Assembly (NCBI GenBank): GCA_951406725.2
Contig: OX597819.1
Span: 76,632,001-76,696,000, forward strand
Source of the DNA: Octopus vulgaris
Lineage: Eukaryota
Length of the DNA: 64,000 bases
Direction: 5' to 3'
The position numbers and the translations under genes are program-made. Below the pieces are notes generated by a model, which saw nothing but the letters and a program-made list of their open reading frames with translations, had not been told where the DNA came from and did not search any database. Below, one piece after another: positions 24,387 through 37,312 of the stretch (positions are counted from its first letter, which is position 1; each line of letters begins with the position of its first letter).

Positions 24387-24451
<65 letters not shown>

Positions 24452-24799
24452 GACATTGAAGACACACCTACTAGATCAAGGGTGAAGTATAACAAATGAC
24501 CGACTGGGTTTAACATACATATTAGTGTAGAAAAAAGGATTTCTATCATAAGCATAATGCTAGATATTTTAGGAAAAGGGAAGCAGTCAATCATATTGTC
24601 TTCAGTATGGTACTTTATTTTATCCACCACAAAACACGGATAAGTAATGTTTATCTCTGCAGGATTTGAAATCACAACTCAAGGACTGTAATAAAAAAAA
24701 ATGCTTTATATATATATTTTTTGTAGATCTCATACGCTTCTTCTAATGTACTGTTAATCAGTGCAGAATAATGTTTTTTAATATTCTTAACGCAAGAAT

Positions 24800-25365
24800 A
24801 GCAATTTTGAGGCAAGGAGTAAATAGATTGCATCGATCCTCGTATTCTTGAAAAGAATGAAACGCAAAATTGACTTCGGTGACATTTGAACTAAAAACGT
24901 AAGGGGTGAGAATTGCCCCTAAACATTTTGTACGGTGCATTAATTAATCAGCCAGACCCTCATAATAATGATAACTCCTCGGTCCGGAAAGCCAGGGAAA
25001 AGTTAACTAGACTCAAGACAGAAATTGTGGAGAGACGGGGAAAATGTTGAATTTAATTTCATCCCACTGTGTATTCAGTTTAAATAATCTTACTTGCTTT
25101 AACTTTGCATTTCGTCAATCTGGTTTCAATAAAATAATTAACTGTCATATACAGATTCGATTCACTTGAATCAGTTCCTTTCCCTCACCCTCACCCTCAT
25201 ATAGTGCGTTGCATTGTGTCAGGATTGGCTGAAATGGGAGTAATATAGACTGAAATACCTTGTGGTATAAAATAATTTTTAGGCAAAACCTGCTATACTC
25301 AGCTCCATCCCCATCTAATCCTACCTTAATTTATGGCATTGTGCCTATGCGAGAGGAAAAAAAAT

Positions 25366-25397
<32 letters not shown>

Positions 25398-25915
25398 TCG
25401 TTATGGTTAATATTGGTTTCAAGTTTTGGTGCAAGGCTAGCAATTTCTGGGGAGAGGCTAAGTTGATTACACCGACTCAAGTGCTAATTGGTATTTACTT
25501 TATTGACACCGAAAGAAAGGCAAAGGCGAACCTCGGTTGTATATTAACGTTCTGTGTTCAAATTCCACTGAGGCGAACGTCACCTTTCTTCCCTCTGGAG
25601 TCAATAAAATAAAATAGTAGTCAATTACTGAGATAGGTGGCATCTGTTCCTGTCCTCTTCAAAACGTCTGGCCTTGAAACTGAATTTGAAACGCTTGATT
25701 GATTGATTGGTTAGTAGACGCGTTAGAACGTTGGACAAAAAGACGGCTTGTGAGAATCTTCGGAAAATTTACATTCTGTGTTCAAATGCAGAGGAGACAA
25801 AATAGTTTTTCATCTTATTAGAATCAATTAAATAAAATACCAGTAATGCACTGAGGTCGATTTAGTCGACTGAACCCTCCTCACAGAAGTTTTGGTTACG
25901 TAGTTGTGTTGGAAA
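24800..25915. mobile_element. Cluster of decayed SINE family B copies on both strands
   Basis: Several GTTCAAAT.C...GAGG.C.AC..T.C.TT.CATC..T..GG.GTC.ATAAA.TAA.TACC variants. Confidence 0.65.
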
Positions 25916-26807
25916 TGATTGTTAGATTTTTTTATGAATCTAATCGTTTTAACATTTTTAACAGTTCCAGCAGTTTCCTCAAGTCCACCTCATCGTTTCA
26001 TTAAAAGTGTTCTGTCATTTTACTTTGCTAGTTCATCTGTTCGTAGTCCATAATGTATCCCATATGTTCTACATCACTTGTTTGTAATATAACGAGTGTT
26101 ACATATTTAGTTTGGTGGTAAATGTGTTTTGTATGAACTACGTAAAAATTTTGTAGAATGTGTGTTGCCTGATTCGTTGGCTGAAAGCATGGTTTGTCAC
26201 CGTAGTGGTTACTGATTACGTAAGATTAATCGTCATCAACATCATTCAATTACAAGAGCCAATGATAACAATTCTTCTCCACTTATTGCAGGTCTTTTTC
26301 TTAATTCTGGTCTCCTGGCCAGGGAATAAGCCCTGAGAGTCAACAGTATTTAAACTTAGACACAAAATGCTGGACGGGATACCCCACGGTATCACATCAA
26401 ACTTGTTTGAACTGGAACTTCATATACCGTCTGAAAATGAAAAGCAAGGTGCACCGCGACGGTTTATGAAATCAGAGAGCAGATGATCGTTCGGTATCCG
26501 ACGTTCCAACAACTCTGCCAGTTAGCTCTCATGTTAGAGGACTTGGCTTCAATTATTGCATAGTGATTTTGCTGCGTATATGCTGGGTTTGTTGTCATAT
26601 GTTGTTGGAAAAGTCTGTAATGTATGTGTAGTGTCTAATTTTTCCTTGTGACTGTTTCATTTTCTGCTTATGATATGTGAGTTGTTGGTGGAGTGTTGGT
26701 ATGTACCTCGTATGTACCAAGTTTCGGCATAATGCCCAATGTACACAGTTGCCGATCGTGTCTACTGAAATATTCTACCTTTGCAGGGATTGAATAACAA
26801 AACTCCC

Positions 26808-26811
<4 letters not shown>

Positions 26812-26888
<77 letters not shown>

Positions 26889-26980
26889 GTGCATGCGTGT
26901 GTTCCTGTGCATGTGTATACGTATGTGTGTGTGTGTGTGTGCTATCTGCGGGTACAGGCGTGTGCGCGCGCGTGCGTGTG
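26812..26980. repeat. (CT)n and (GT)-rich microsatellites
   Basis: Directly visible. Confidence 0.95.
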
Positions 26981-27121
26981 TTCAATTGCCTCATCGAACT
27001 GACTATGTAAGCAGTGCTTAATGTCAAGGTACTTTTTCATCGTTTTCCGTCAATATCTCTATTCCCGTAGTGTTTGTTGATAGGCATAGTTTAAATCATA
27101 TCTTCGGTTACTGATTTCAAC

Positions 27122-27180
<59 letters not shown>

Positions 27181-27182
<2 letters not shown>

Positions 27183-27385
27183 AGAGTCGATTAAATAAAA
27201 TACTAGTAACGCACAGAGGTCGATTTAGTCGACTGAACCCTCCTTGGTTACGTAGTTGTGTTAGAAATGATTGTTATATTTTTTTATGAATCTAATTGTT
27301 TTAACATTTTTAACAGTTCCAGCAGTTTCATCAAGTGCACCTCATCGTTTCATTAGGAGTGTTCTGTCATTTTACTTTGCTAGTT

Positions 27386-27388
<3 letters not shown>
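27181..27388 (+). repeat. ~210-bp local duplicate of 25818-26037 sandwiched between two (TA)n tracts
   Basis: Colinear match GAGGTCGATTTAGTCGACTGAACCCTCCT...TTTACTTTGCTAGTTCATC. Confidence 0.9.
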
Positions 27389-27447
<59 letters not shown>

Positions 27448-27449
27448 CA

Positions 27450-28450
27450 TTTTCACTTTGCCCTCGTGTCTATCAATGATTCAGGTTACTGAACATGGAA
27501 TGAGCTTTGTTCTCCAATTTGTTAGTAGAATACTTTTGGAGTTCCTTGCTGATTATATCTTTAATTCATTTTTGAAGTTTTTTTCGGTTTTACTTTTATC
27601 CATTTATTTTTCTCAAGTGTTGGTGGCTTGTAGTTTGTATTTGAATGTTTCAGTATATATAGAGAAGTGTGTTTACGATTCCTTCGTGACCCTGTATTAC
27701 ATTCATCAATATCTCTCTGTTTACTTCTAGCTACTTTTGTACTCACACTAATGCTACATTGCAATACTCCGCATTTCTCTAGTTATGCGTTGCTCTATTC
27801 AATACATTTGTTAATGAGTTCAAACCTAAAGAGAATAAAAGAGATAAAGAGTTTCCTTGAAATATTCTTCTTATTGAGCATAAAGACAATTTCAGTTATC
27901 TTCTCAGTAACTTGTAACAATACGGTTGTATCCTTTGATACATTCCTTTCGGTCAGTTTTTCTATTCACGCGCCAAGAACGTATTGTTCTCTACATATGC
28001 GGCCATTCTATTGTAGAATATAGCTGTAAAGGCTATGTGGATTGTTGGAGAGCATGTTACACGCTTGTAGTCTTGGTGGGTTTCGAAATTTGTTGCAGTG
28101 TGGGAACTTATATTGTTATTGCTACCTCCAGCGACTGTTAAAGTCTGTCAGCTTATCAACTCATAGAATGCTCCTATTATTGATTCATAAGTATTCTTCT
28201 GATGTTTCAGCCTGGAGGTGAAACCTTCTTAAGCCCAGAGGCTTGTCTTCCAATGTTGTTATATGTTCTCCGTGTTGTTAACGCGTATATTTCCGGCTTG
28301 TTTTCGTGGAATGTTTTTTAATGTAACGTTCTTCAATGTTATATCTTTTTAATCTCTGAAAGCGGATATTTTCTAAAGAATCCGAATGTTTTCCGTTGCA
28401 TTTGTTCGTGTATTGAGTCATCATATTTTTGTTATTTTTTCTAGAAAGAT
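27450..28450 (-). mobile_element. Old R4/Dong-type LINE remnant
   Basis: ETHQDYKRVTCSPTIHIAFTAIFYNRMAAYVENNTFLARE*K (cf. NYRPITCLPT.YK.FT.I...R...LE.N.IL..EQKG). Confidence 0.6.
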
Positions 28451-29653
28451 TTATATATTGTCATCCGGGTTCTTTTACACTCGCTTCGTTACGTAAAGTA
28501 TCTATTTTGTTATTTAATTTAATATTCATTCCTCAATTCTCTGGGGGTACTATATTATTATTCTATAATAAAGAAATGTTTATTTAACCCCATATGGTTT
28601 ATTGCCCGGATTATGCAAGACTATAGGAAATTGCTTGAATGGATTTTAGAATTAGCTATAACATTGTGATTTTACTTCGGTTTTGTATTTCGTTCGCATC
28701 CCTCTCCCCTCCCACCACACAAGGGAGTACAACTATAAATATTTACGGGATGACAAACAAATCCCAGCAGATCTGAGACCGAGCTGATCCTCAACAAAAG
28801 GTCAAACCTTCAAACAGGTCTCGGATGGCCAATGCACTCAGACGTACAAATACACAAAACACAGAAGCACACATACAGGCAGGCACGCGAGTGCACACAC
28901 AACCACAAACATATGCATGCGTACGTACGCACACATTCTCTTCATTTATCCTCATCCTTTCCTTCTCTCATAGGCAACCACGCATCTACATACACACATA
29001 CAAGAATACGTACACACAGACATACGACTAACTCTCAGACAGACTCAAGGCAAACCTTTAAGAGAGAGGGCATGTCATTACTGTGGTCACTAATAGCGAT
29101 GAAAAGACTTTAACAAACAAACAACCGAATGATTGTTTAACCAATACGCTAAACAAACGATCGATTAGTTAGTTGGTTAGATTGACTTACAATAAAGAGG
29201 TGATGTTGAACCAGTGCGTGTGTTTATTAGTGTTGGTGTAATGTCCCTCTCAAGACACAAGATCGTGATTTTGTTAATTCTCATTGTACGCTGCTGAAAG
29301 CTACCTTTAATGTATGTTAATCATTGCGAGGGTATTCATGGCCGTTACTTCAGTTTGTTCTAAATATATATTAAGCTGTGGATACCTGCGGCGTCGGCTT
29401 CTTGTTCAGCTGCTATGGAATGTTGTCGAATTCTACAAACAGCAGAAGCTAGATGTGCAGTCACTAATGACATATAATGATGAAAAGTGTTAATGTCTAC
29501 GTAACTTTCAAGTAGTAATAATATCACTATTAGTACCATTAACTAAACTACCATCAGGTATACTGTTTGCCGTATTAACAAATAAATTTTAGCACTCACT
29601 ATAACCGAGATTTATGCGTTTATTAGCTACTAGTTGGATACTAAAACTTATAT

Positions 29654-30135
29654 CTTTTAACCTTTATTTGTTTCAGTCATTTGGCTGCGGCTATGCTGGG
29701 GCATCACCTTGAAGGGCTTTAGTCGAACAAATCGACTTCCAGGACTTTTTTTTTTAAGTATAGTACTTATTCTACTGGTGTATCTTGCTGAACTGCTAGG
29801 TTACCGGGACGTAAACACACCGACACTGGATGTCAAGTGGTGGTGGTGGGGGGGACAAATACACACACAAACGCGCGCGCACACATACACGCGCACACAC
29901 TCTCTCTCTTTCTCTCTTTCTCTCTCCGTCACATACATACAAACACATATACATATGTAAATATATACACGACTGGCTTCTTTCAGTTTCCGTCTACTGA
30001 ATCCACTCACAAGTTTTGGGTCGGCTCGAGGCTAGAGTAGAAGACATTTGGGGCCAAGGTGCCAAGCAGTAGGACTGAACCTGGAACCATGAGGTTGAGA
30101 AGGAAACTTCTTACCACACAACCACACCTGTGCCT
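29654..30135 (-). mobile_element. SINE family A
   Basis: Reverse complement of the family A consensus with internal simple repeat. Confidence 0.9.
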
Positions 30136-30530
30136 GGATGTATGGATATTTACATTCAGAGTCAATGCATTTACCTGTCTGTATGATGTAACGGTTTTTT
30201 ATAATTACCTTAATAAAAGAAAACAATTCGGAACTTTTAAACGCTTTTGTCCGAATTATTTTTTTGGTTTTCGATCCATAATCACGTTGACGTGTCTTGC
30301 TTAAGACTAACATATCTCCACAGGTTACACGACTATCCATGAGTTTATTCTTTTGTAGGTACAATTGTTTTAATGCTCGCAAATATTTCTTCTAACAAGA
30401 CAAATATAATATTTAATATGACGGACCTTTTATAATTTCGAAATCGTAGATGAGGCAATTGTGTCGGCTTACCAAGATTCATCATCATCATCATTATCAT
30501 CATCATCATCATCATCATCATCTTCATCAC

Positions 30531-31440
30531 CTTCGAAACAGTGGACCACCTAATTTCAGGGTGTAAAATTTTAGCAACTATAGAGTTTAAATCAGGACAT
30601 GTCAGAGTTGGCCAACACCTACATTGGATAATATGTCGACATTATAAAATCAAAACTGCTGACAAATATTGCAAGCAACACTCTGAGGTTGTAAACCAAG
30701 GGAGAAAATGTAACGATTTTTTTAGACTTTCCAGTACATACAGACCAGACCATCAAAGCTAATAAATCAGATACTGTTGTGAAAAACCAAAACAATAAAG
30801 TCTGTTTATTGATTGACACGAGCATACCTTGTGATCATAATATCTAGGCAAAAGAATTTGATAAGCTCAGAAGATATAAAGATTTGCTGATTGAAACCAA
30901 AACAACGTGGCATCTCAAGACGGTTACAATACTAGTGATTTTAGAAGCACTTGGAACGATGACTGCCTCCATAGCTCAGAGGTTAGAACACTGGTCTTGT
31001 AAACCGGGGATCGGGAGTTCGATCCTCCCTGGGGGCTAGTACTCAACATACTTCGCTCCAACACTTTTTTTCTGACAATTTGTGGTGCACCTGAGTACTG
31101 TATACAATAATTTCTTTATTATTATATTATTATGAAAAAAAAGAACTGAAAATTAATTGAGGGTGATTCCTGGCTTACCATCCATATAAGAAGTGAAAGA
31201 ATTGTTCTAACTTGTATGTCACACATATTGAGAAGAGCACTGTCGCAGTAAATTTTCTTTCCTTTTTTTCCTTTCATTTTCTTTGTATTTTTTTTTTCAT
31301 TTTTCCTACTTTTTCCTTCTATCCTTTTTCTGTCTTTCTTTCATCCCCTTTTTCCTACCACATGAACTTGTAAATGAACAATCTCATGTGCTTATTTAAT
31401 GGCCTACCTATGTATACAATGAGTTCCTTTACCCTAGGTT
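30531..31440 (+). mobile_element. R4/Dong-type LINE 3' region (CCHC and restriction-like endonuclease), interrupted by a tRNA insertion
   Basis: ETVDHLISGCKIL...HVRVGQHLHWIIC, DFPVHTDQTIKANKSD, LID..IPCDHNI*AKEFDKLRRYKDL. Confidence 0.85.
30965..31037 (+). tRNA. tRNA-Thr(TGT): tRNA-Thr(UGU)-like sequence, head of an inserted 170-bp retrocopy/SINE
   Basis: 73-nt cloverleaf: acceptor GCCTCCA/TGGGGGC, D-stem GCTC/GAAC (one mismatch), anticodon stem CTGGT/ACCGG with loop CTTGTAA, T-arm GGGAG-TTCGATC-CTCCC; T7 run at 31065-31071. Confidence 0.85.
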
Positions 31441-31451
31441 AAAGATGCTAA

Positions 31452-32330
31452 ATGAAACACTCATGTTTCCAAAGGTGAATTATCCAAACCCCAAAGAATC
31501 CCTCTCAACACATGGCTATGATGCTTCCCCACTACTTCTGCTCGTGATCAGAGATGCACAAATTGTCAGCCACTAAGAGAACGCTCAAATGGTTAAGGTC
31601 AAACACCTGACAAGCAAAGCTGTGGTATTAAGCAGAACATTTGCTGTAGCCCATCATTTATACCAAGACCAAACAATGTATTTGATAACACCTTCCAATC
31701 AGTTAAGATCAGAAGCCATGAGAGCTTCTGCCTGGTACTGCACCGGACCATATATTATTATTATTGTTGTTGTTGTTGTTGCCTGCTGCTGTTGCTATTA
31801 TTATTATTATTATTATCATTATTATTATTATTATTGAGCGAGAGACAGCGCATATCATCAAAGTCACATTGCGGTACAAATAAATCCACGAAGCCCAATA
31901 TATCTAGCCATCTGATAAGAGTAGACCAGGCAAAATCATCACAACCATATGTGCGCGGCATGGTGAGCTCATACCAAGATAAATAGCGCATGACCTTGCA
32001 AGTGTGGCCCAGTTAGAATTTCCTTGTGGTCGAGTAAAACCTCCAGCTCGAAAAGTCATTTTAATAAGGATTTTTAAGGATGATAAATAAAGGACACGTT
32101 TCCAGAAGTGAATTATTAAAACCCCGCAAAATACCTCTCAAGACATGGTTATGATGCTCCCCCGCTACTCCCGCTCGTGATCAGAGATGCACAAATCGTC
32201 AGTCACAAAGGGACATACTCAACTGGTTAAAGTCAAGCAATATTCAATATACAGCATATATTCTGCAGTGGTATTGATCAGAATATTTGCTGTAGCCAAT
32301 CTTTTATACCATGACAAAAGATATACATTA
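31452..32330 (-). mobile_element. Two fragments (31452-31752, 31835-32330) of an unclassified (AAT)n-tailed retroelement
   Basis: Shared GTGAATTAT..AAACCCC...CATGG.TATGATGCT...CTCGTGATCAGAGATGCACA with the 33448 copy; the second fragment abuts (TTA)n. Confidence 0.75.
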
Positions 32331-32389
32331 TTATTTGATGAAAACTCTTAGCTTATTTTGCTGTGTATGATGGAAAGTGACAGTTATCC

Positions 32390-32876
32390 TCAATCAGTAG
32401 ACTAACGTGATACTTGGTTTACAGACCATGCTTCAAGAACTTTGTGAAGAACTCTTGCAGTTCCAAGCCATGATGGATTTTTGTAGATGTTCTATCTGTA
32501 CATTTGTACCGATCTTTTTGAGCCATGTTGGTAGTTCAGTGCTGATACTTCCAAGCGCGTTAATTACTACTGGTATCATGTCCACTCTTCATTGCCCATA
32601 ACCTTGGTATTTCCCACTTCAAATCGTAATAGATTTTCAGTTTTTCTTCTTCTTTCTCTTTGATCATGTTGTCAGCGGGACATGCTATATCGATTATCCC
32701 TTTTTGTTCACCACAAAAATTTCAGGCTTCCTATGCTTGATCTGAAGGTTCTAGAGAATATTGCAGTCTTCCTTCTGGGTAATTCCTGCTGGGATTTGGC
32801 CATACAGAGTCTCTGCTCTTTGTAGGCTGTGATTTCCACAGAGCTCCCAAAGGATCATTCTTCCCACATTGCAATG
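32390..32876 (-). mobile_element. R4-like LINE 3' end with restriction-like endonuclease
   Basis: ILWE...PEIFVVNKK.IIDIACPADNMIKEKEEEK...IPVVINALGS. Confidence 0.7.
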
Positions 32877-32922
32877 CCTTCTTCTTCTTCTTCTTCTTCT
32901 TCTTCTTCTTCTTCTTCTTCTT

Positions 32923-33018
<96 letters not shown>

Positions 33019-33036
33019 GTTATTATTATTATTATT

Positions 33037-33083
<47 letters not shown>

Positions 33084-33323
33084 CGTTGTTGTTCTTCTTC
33101 TTCTTATATAAAGATGAGCTGGCACAATCGTTAGCACGTCGGGCAAAATGAAAGCGGAATTTTGTCCCTCTTAAGTTCTGTGTTCGAATTCCACCGAAGT
33201 TGACTTTGCCTTTCACCCTTTCGGGGTCCATGAAATAAGTATCAGTTACGCACTGGGGTCGATGTAATCGACTGGCTCCTTAAACCAAAATTTTAGGCCT
33301 TGTGTCTATAGCAAAAAGGATTA

Positions 33324-33420
<97 letters not shown>

Positions 33421-33447
33421 CATTATTATCATTATTATTATTATTAT
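32877..33447. repeat. Compound (TTC)(TTA)(TTG) and (TTA)n microsatellites flanking a family B SINE (33113-33320, plus)
   Basis: Directly visible; SINE GAGCTGGCACAATCGTTAGCAC...GTTCGAATTCC...GACTTTGCCTTTCACCCTTTCGGGGTC. Confidence 0.92.
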
Positions 33448-34014
33448 TGAGTGAGAGAGCAGTGCATGCCATCAAAATGACACTGGGGTAAAATATACGA
33501 AGCTCAGTATACCCATCATGACTATCGGTCTGATAAGGGTACACTAGGCACATGCATCACAACCATATGTGCGCGACATGGTGATCTCATATCAAGATAA
33601 ACAGCACATGACCTTGCAGGTGGGGCCCAGTTAGAATTTTCTTCTGGTCGAGTAACCCATCCCGCTCAAAAGGTCCCTGAATAAGGGTTGGTTAAGGATG
33701 TTGAACGAAACACCCATGTTCCCAAAAGTGAATTATCCAAACCCCAAAGAGTTCCTCTATACATATGGCTATGATGCTCCCTCACTACTTCTGCTCGTGA
33801 TCAGAGATGTACATATCATCAGTCACTAAGGGACATGCTCAACTGGTTAAGGTCAAACAACAGACATGCAAATCTGTGGTATTGAACAGAATATTTGCTA
33901 TAGCCCATCTTTTATACCAAGACATAACAATGTACATGATAACACTGGTATTGAGTAGAATATTTGCTGTAGCCCATCTTTTATACCAAGACCAAACAAT
34001 GTACATGATAACAC
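33448..34014 (-). mobile_element. Unclassified (AAT)n-tailed retroelement 3' region with ~65-bp tandem duplication at its 5' end
   Basis: Third copy of the 31452/31835 family; GTATTGA..AGAATATTTGCT.TAGCCCATCTTTTATACCAAGAC..AACAATGTACATGATAACAC occurs twice. Confidence 0.8.
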
Positions 34015-34074
34015 ATTATTATTATTATCATTATTATTATTATTGTTGTTATTGCTATTATTAATATCATTTTA

Positions 34075-36240
34075 TTAGCTTCTTCCAATTTTGTTTCTGA
34101 TTCTTGCCGAGTGTCTTCCTGACATTTAGGACGAAGACAAAAACACGATACATTAGTATGCCACTAAAATAAACACACCAGATTGTTCATTTACAAAGCT
34201 ATGTGACATAAAAAAGAATGACAGAGAAAAAGGAAAGAATGGAAAGACAAAAAAAAAAGAAAACAAAGATGATGAGGAAAAAGAAAGAAAATTCACAGTA
34301 ACATTGCACTTCTCAATACTTGTGATGTACCAGTTAATGCAATCTTTTGCACTTCCTGCATGGATGGTAGGCCAGGAATCATCCTCAAATATTTTCATTT
34401 CCATTTTTGATCATTCCAAGTGCTCCTACAATCACTGGTACTGTAACCGTTTTGAGATACTACATTTTTTTAGATTTCAATCAGCAAATCTTTATATTTT
34501 CTGAGCTTATCAAATTCTATTGCCGAGATATTATGATCACAAGGTATGCCCTTGTCAATCAGTAAACAGACTTTATTATTTTCGTTTTTCACGACAGTAT
34601 CTGATTTATTAGCTTTGATGGTCCGGTCTGTATGTACAGGAAAGTCTCAAAGAATCGTTACATTTTCTCCCTCCGTTACAGCCTGAAAGTGTTGCTTGTA
34701 CCATTTGTCAGCAGTTTTGATTTTATAATGCCGACATATTAACCAGTGTAGATATTGACCAACTCTGACATGTCTTGATTTATGCTCTACTGATGTTAAA
34801 ATCTTACACCTAGAGATTGGGTGGTCCACTGTTTCGATCACATCGTTGCAATATTGGTCTACTACATTTTTCAGTACATTGGCTTGGTAGTTCCGAAAAT
34901 GTAACGATTTTTTGAGACTTTCCAGTACATACAGACCGGACTATCAAAGCTAATAAACCAGATACTGTTGTGAAAAACTAAAACAATAAAATCTGTTTAT
35001 TGATTGACACGAGCATACCTTGTGATCATAATATCTAGGCAAAAGAATTTGATAAGCTCAGAAGATACAAAGATTTGCTGATTGAAACCAAAAAACGTGG
35101 CATCTGAAGACGGTTACAATACCAGTGATTTTAGGAGCATTTGGAATGATAAAAAAAAGAACTGAAAATTATTTGAGGGTGATTCCTGGCTTGCCATCCA
35201 TATAAGAAGTGAAGCAATTGTTTTAACTTGTATGTCACACATACTGAGTAGAGCACTGTCGCAGTAAATTTTCCGAATCAATAAGCTCTGATCTTGAGCA
35301 GTTGAGATAAAGCCATTTCTCTCTGCCTTTAGCCCTTAGCTTCGTAGCCCCTGATGGGTATGATTCTGGTCTACATTAGCGTGCTTGCTACGTATTTTTC
35401 ATGCAGAGGTTTTTGTTCCCACCTATCAGTCAATTGTGAAAACGCTTTTTGCTTTGTCATTGATTTCACCTTCTTTCCAACTATAGTTGCCGCACTTCCA
35501 TCATGCTCTTCAAACTGGGTATTATGCATGAACTCACTTATGAACCTTTTACTCCCCTTCATGAAAAAATAAAACTTCTTACGTCTCACGTGATTTTCTA
35601 GGAGATTTAGCAATCAGTCGTTAAATGTTTCAATATATCTGGCCAGTCCAGTTGTGGCTGTTTTGTAAGAGATTTCGAGTTGGATCAAGCCTCGACTTCC
35701 TTGGGCTTTTGTAAGACAAAGACTATCTGTGTCTGCCTTTTGATGGTGCATCTTATTGTAAGTCAGCAGCTTACGGATTTTCCTGTCAATTTTCCTTATT
35801 TCGCTGATATTTCCATATTGAAGCTATAAATAACAACTGGAACTGCTATGTAATTTATGTCTAACACCTTGTTACGTGCATTTAACTCAGATTTTAGGAC
35901 TGCTAGAACTCCCTATAACATACATTCTTGATCTCTTTCAATCGTGCACGCTGAATGGCAGGGTCCTCTTTTATTCCGAGGTATTTGTAAGGTTGTTCCT
36001 ACTCAAGTTCTTTTATAACTGTGTCAGAATTTAACACCACTGAAAGTAATGTCTTCAATTTCCCTTTCTGGAGAGTGGCCTTGGCAAATTTATCAAGACC
36101 AAAATTCCATTCTGATCTCATCACTGAATGCTTTTACAGTACATAGTAGAACTTCAAGCACATTATCGTCTTTGCCATAGACTTTTAAGTCATTCATGTA
36201 AAATAAATGGCTTATTTTCTTGTCAATTTTATACCCATAC
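34075..36240 (-). mobile_element. R4/Dong-type LINE 3' half, split by an inverted insertion at 34895-35271
   Basis: RT end (MEFGLDKFAK, YKYLGI), GSRGL, WEQKPLHEKY, TAQDQSL, NYQA, ETVDHPISRC, RHVRVGQYLHW, then REL domain. Confidence 0.88.
34895..35271 (+). mobile_element. Inverted R4-type endonuclease segment, near-identical to 30705-31256 but without the tRNA
   Basis: Shares lesions ATCTAGGC and CCATATAAGAAGTGA with the 30.7-kb copy; TTCCGAA at both junctions. Confidence 0.88.
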
Positions 36241-36243
36241 CTT

Positions 36244-36253
36244 TATCATTATT

Positions 36254-36292
<39 letters not shown>

Positions 36293-36381
36293 GCTATTAT
36301 TATTATTATTATTATTATAATTATTATTATTATTATTGTTAATGTTATTGTTGTTATTATTATTTTTTATTATTATTATCA

Positions 36382-36425
<44 letters not shown>

Positions 36426-36428
36426 GTT

Positions 36429-36475
<47 letters not shown>

Positions 36476-36508
36476 GTATTATTATTATTATTATTATTAC
36501 TATTATCA
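36244..36508. repeat. Compound (TTG)/(TTA) microsatellite
   Basis: Directly visible. Confidence 0.95.
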
Positions 36509-37245
36509 TACGTTTGACTTTTGCTTTGTATTTGTACAAGTTGTACAAGTCTCACCCAGAGACCTCAAGAGACAACAAGTTAGAAGTTCAAGTTGATGTT
36601 ATGCCCAAGGTGTCATATATTTGTTTTTGCACATAGTATTGTTATTGTTGTAGAGAATGTTTAAGGAAACATAAGAAAATTATAAGTTTGTTCTAAGATT
36701 TGAGATTACATAGAAAGTATTTTCTGTAGGATATGGCCTGTTCCCATGATCACTATCTTTTGAATTTTTGACATTTTGGGTTTCCTGGTATTTGAGCTAG
36801 GTAGCAATCCGCCCCTTTTGCTATCACTCCTAGGGGAACCTATGACAACAGGTACTGTTTTCGTCTCGAGGTTCCACATTTTCCAATTTCTATTTTAAGA
36901 ACTTTATACTTGCTCAGTTTTTGGTCGGTCTTGAGAGACACATTTATGTCGATTGGGACAGTCATATCAATGAGGAGGCATGATTTTTATCTGAAGTCTT
37001 TCAATATAATGTCTGGCCTATTCGCATCTATCTTTCTGTCAGTTTGAATGGTGAAGTTCCAGAGGAGTGAGATGTGATTATTTTCAAGGAATGGAGATTG
37101 TTTGTGTTTCTACCAGTTTTTATCATGGGATACGTCCAGGTTTTTGCAAATTACCCAGTGAATATACTGTGTTGCTCTATCATGCCTGTTGAGATATCTC
37201 TAGGCGCAAGAAGACTGAACATGGAGACAACATGATCCATGGGTT
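36509..37245 (-). mobile_element. Second R4/Dong-type LINE 3' end with (TAA)n tail
   Basis: MDHVVSMFSLLA...RHDRATQYIHWVIC...LWNFTIQTDRKIDANRPDIILKD...LIDMTVPIDINV. Confidence 0.85.
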
Positions 37246-37312
37246 CATTTTGTTGTTGTTGTTGTTATCATTATTACTTTATTATTATTATTATTATTTT
37301 ATTATTATTATT

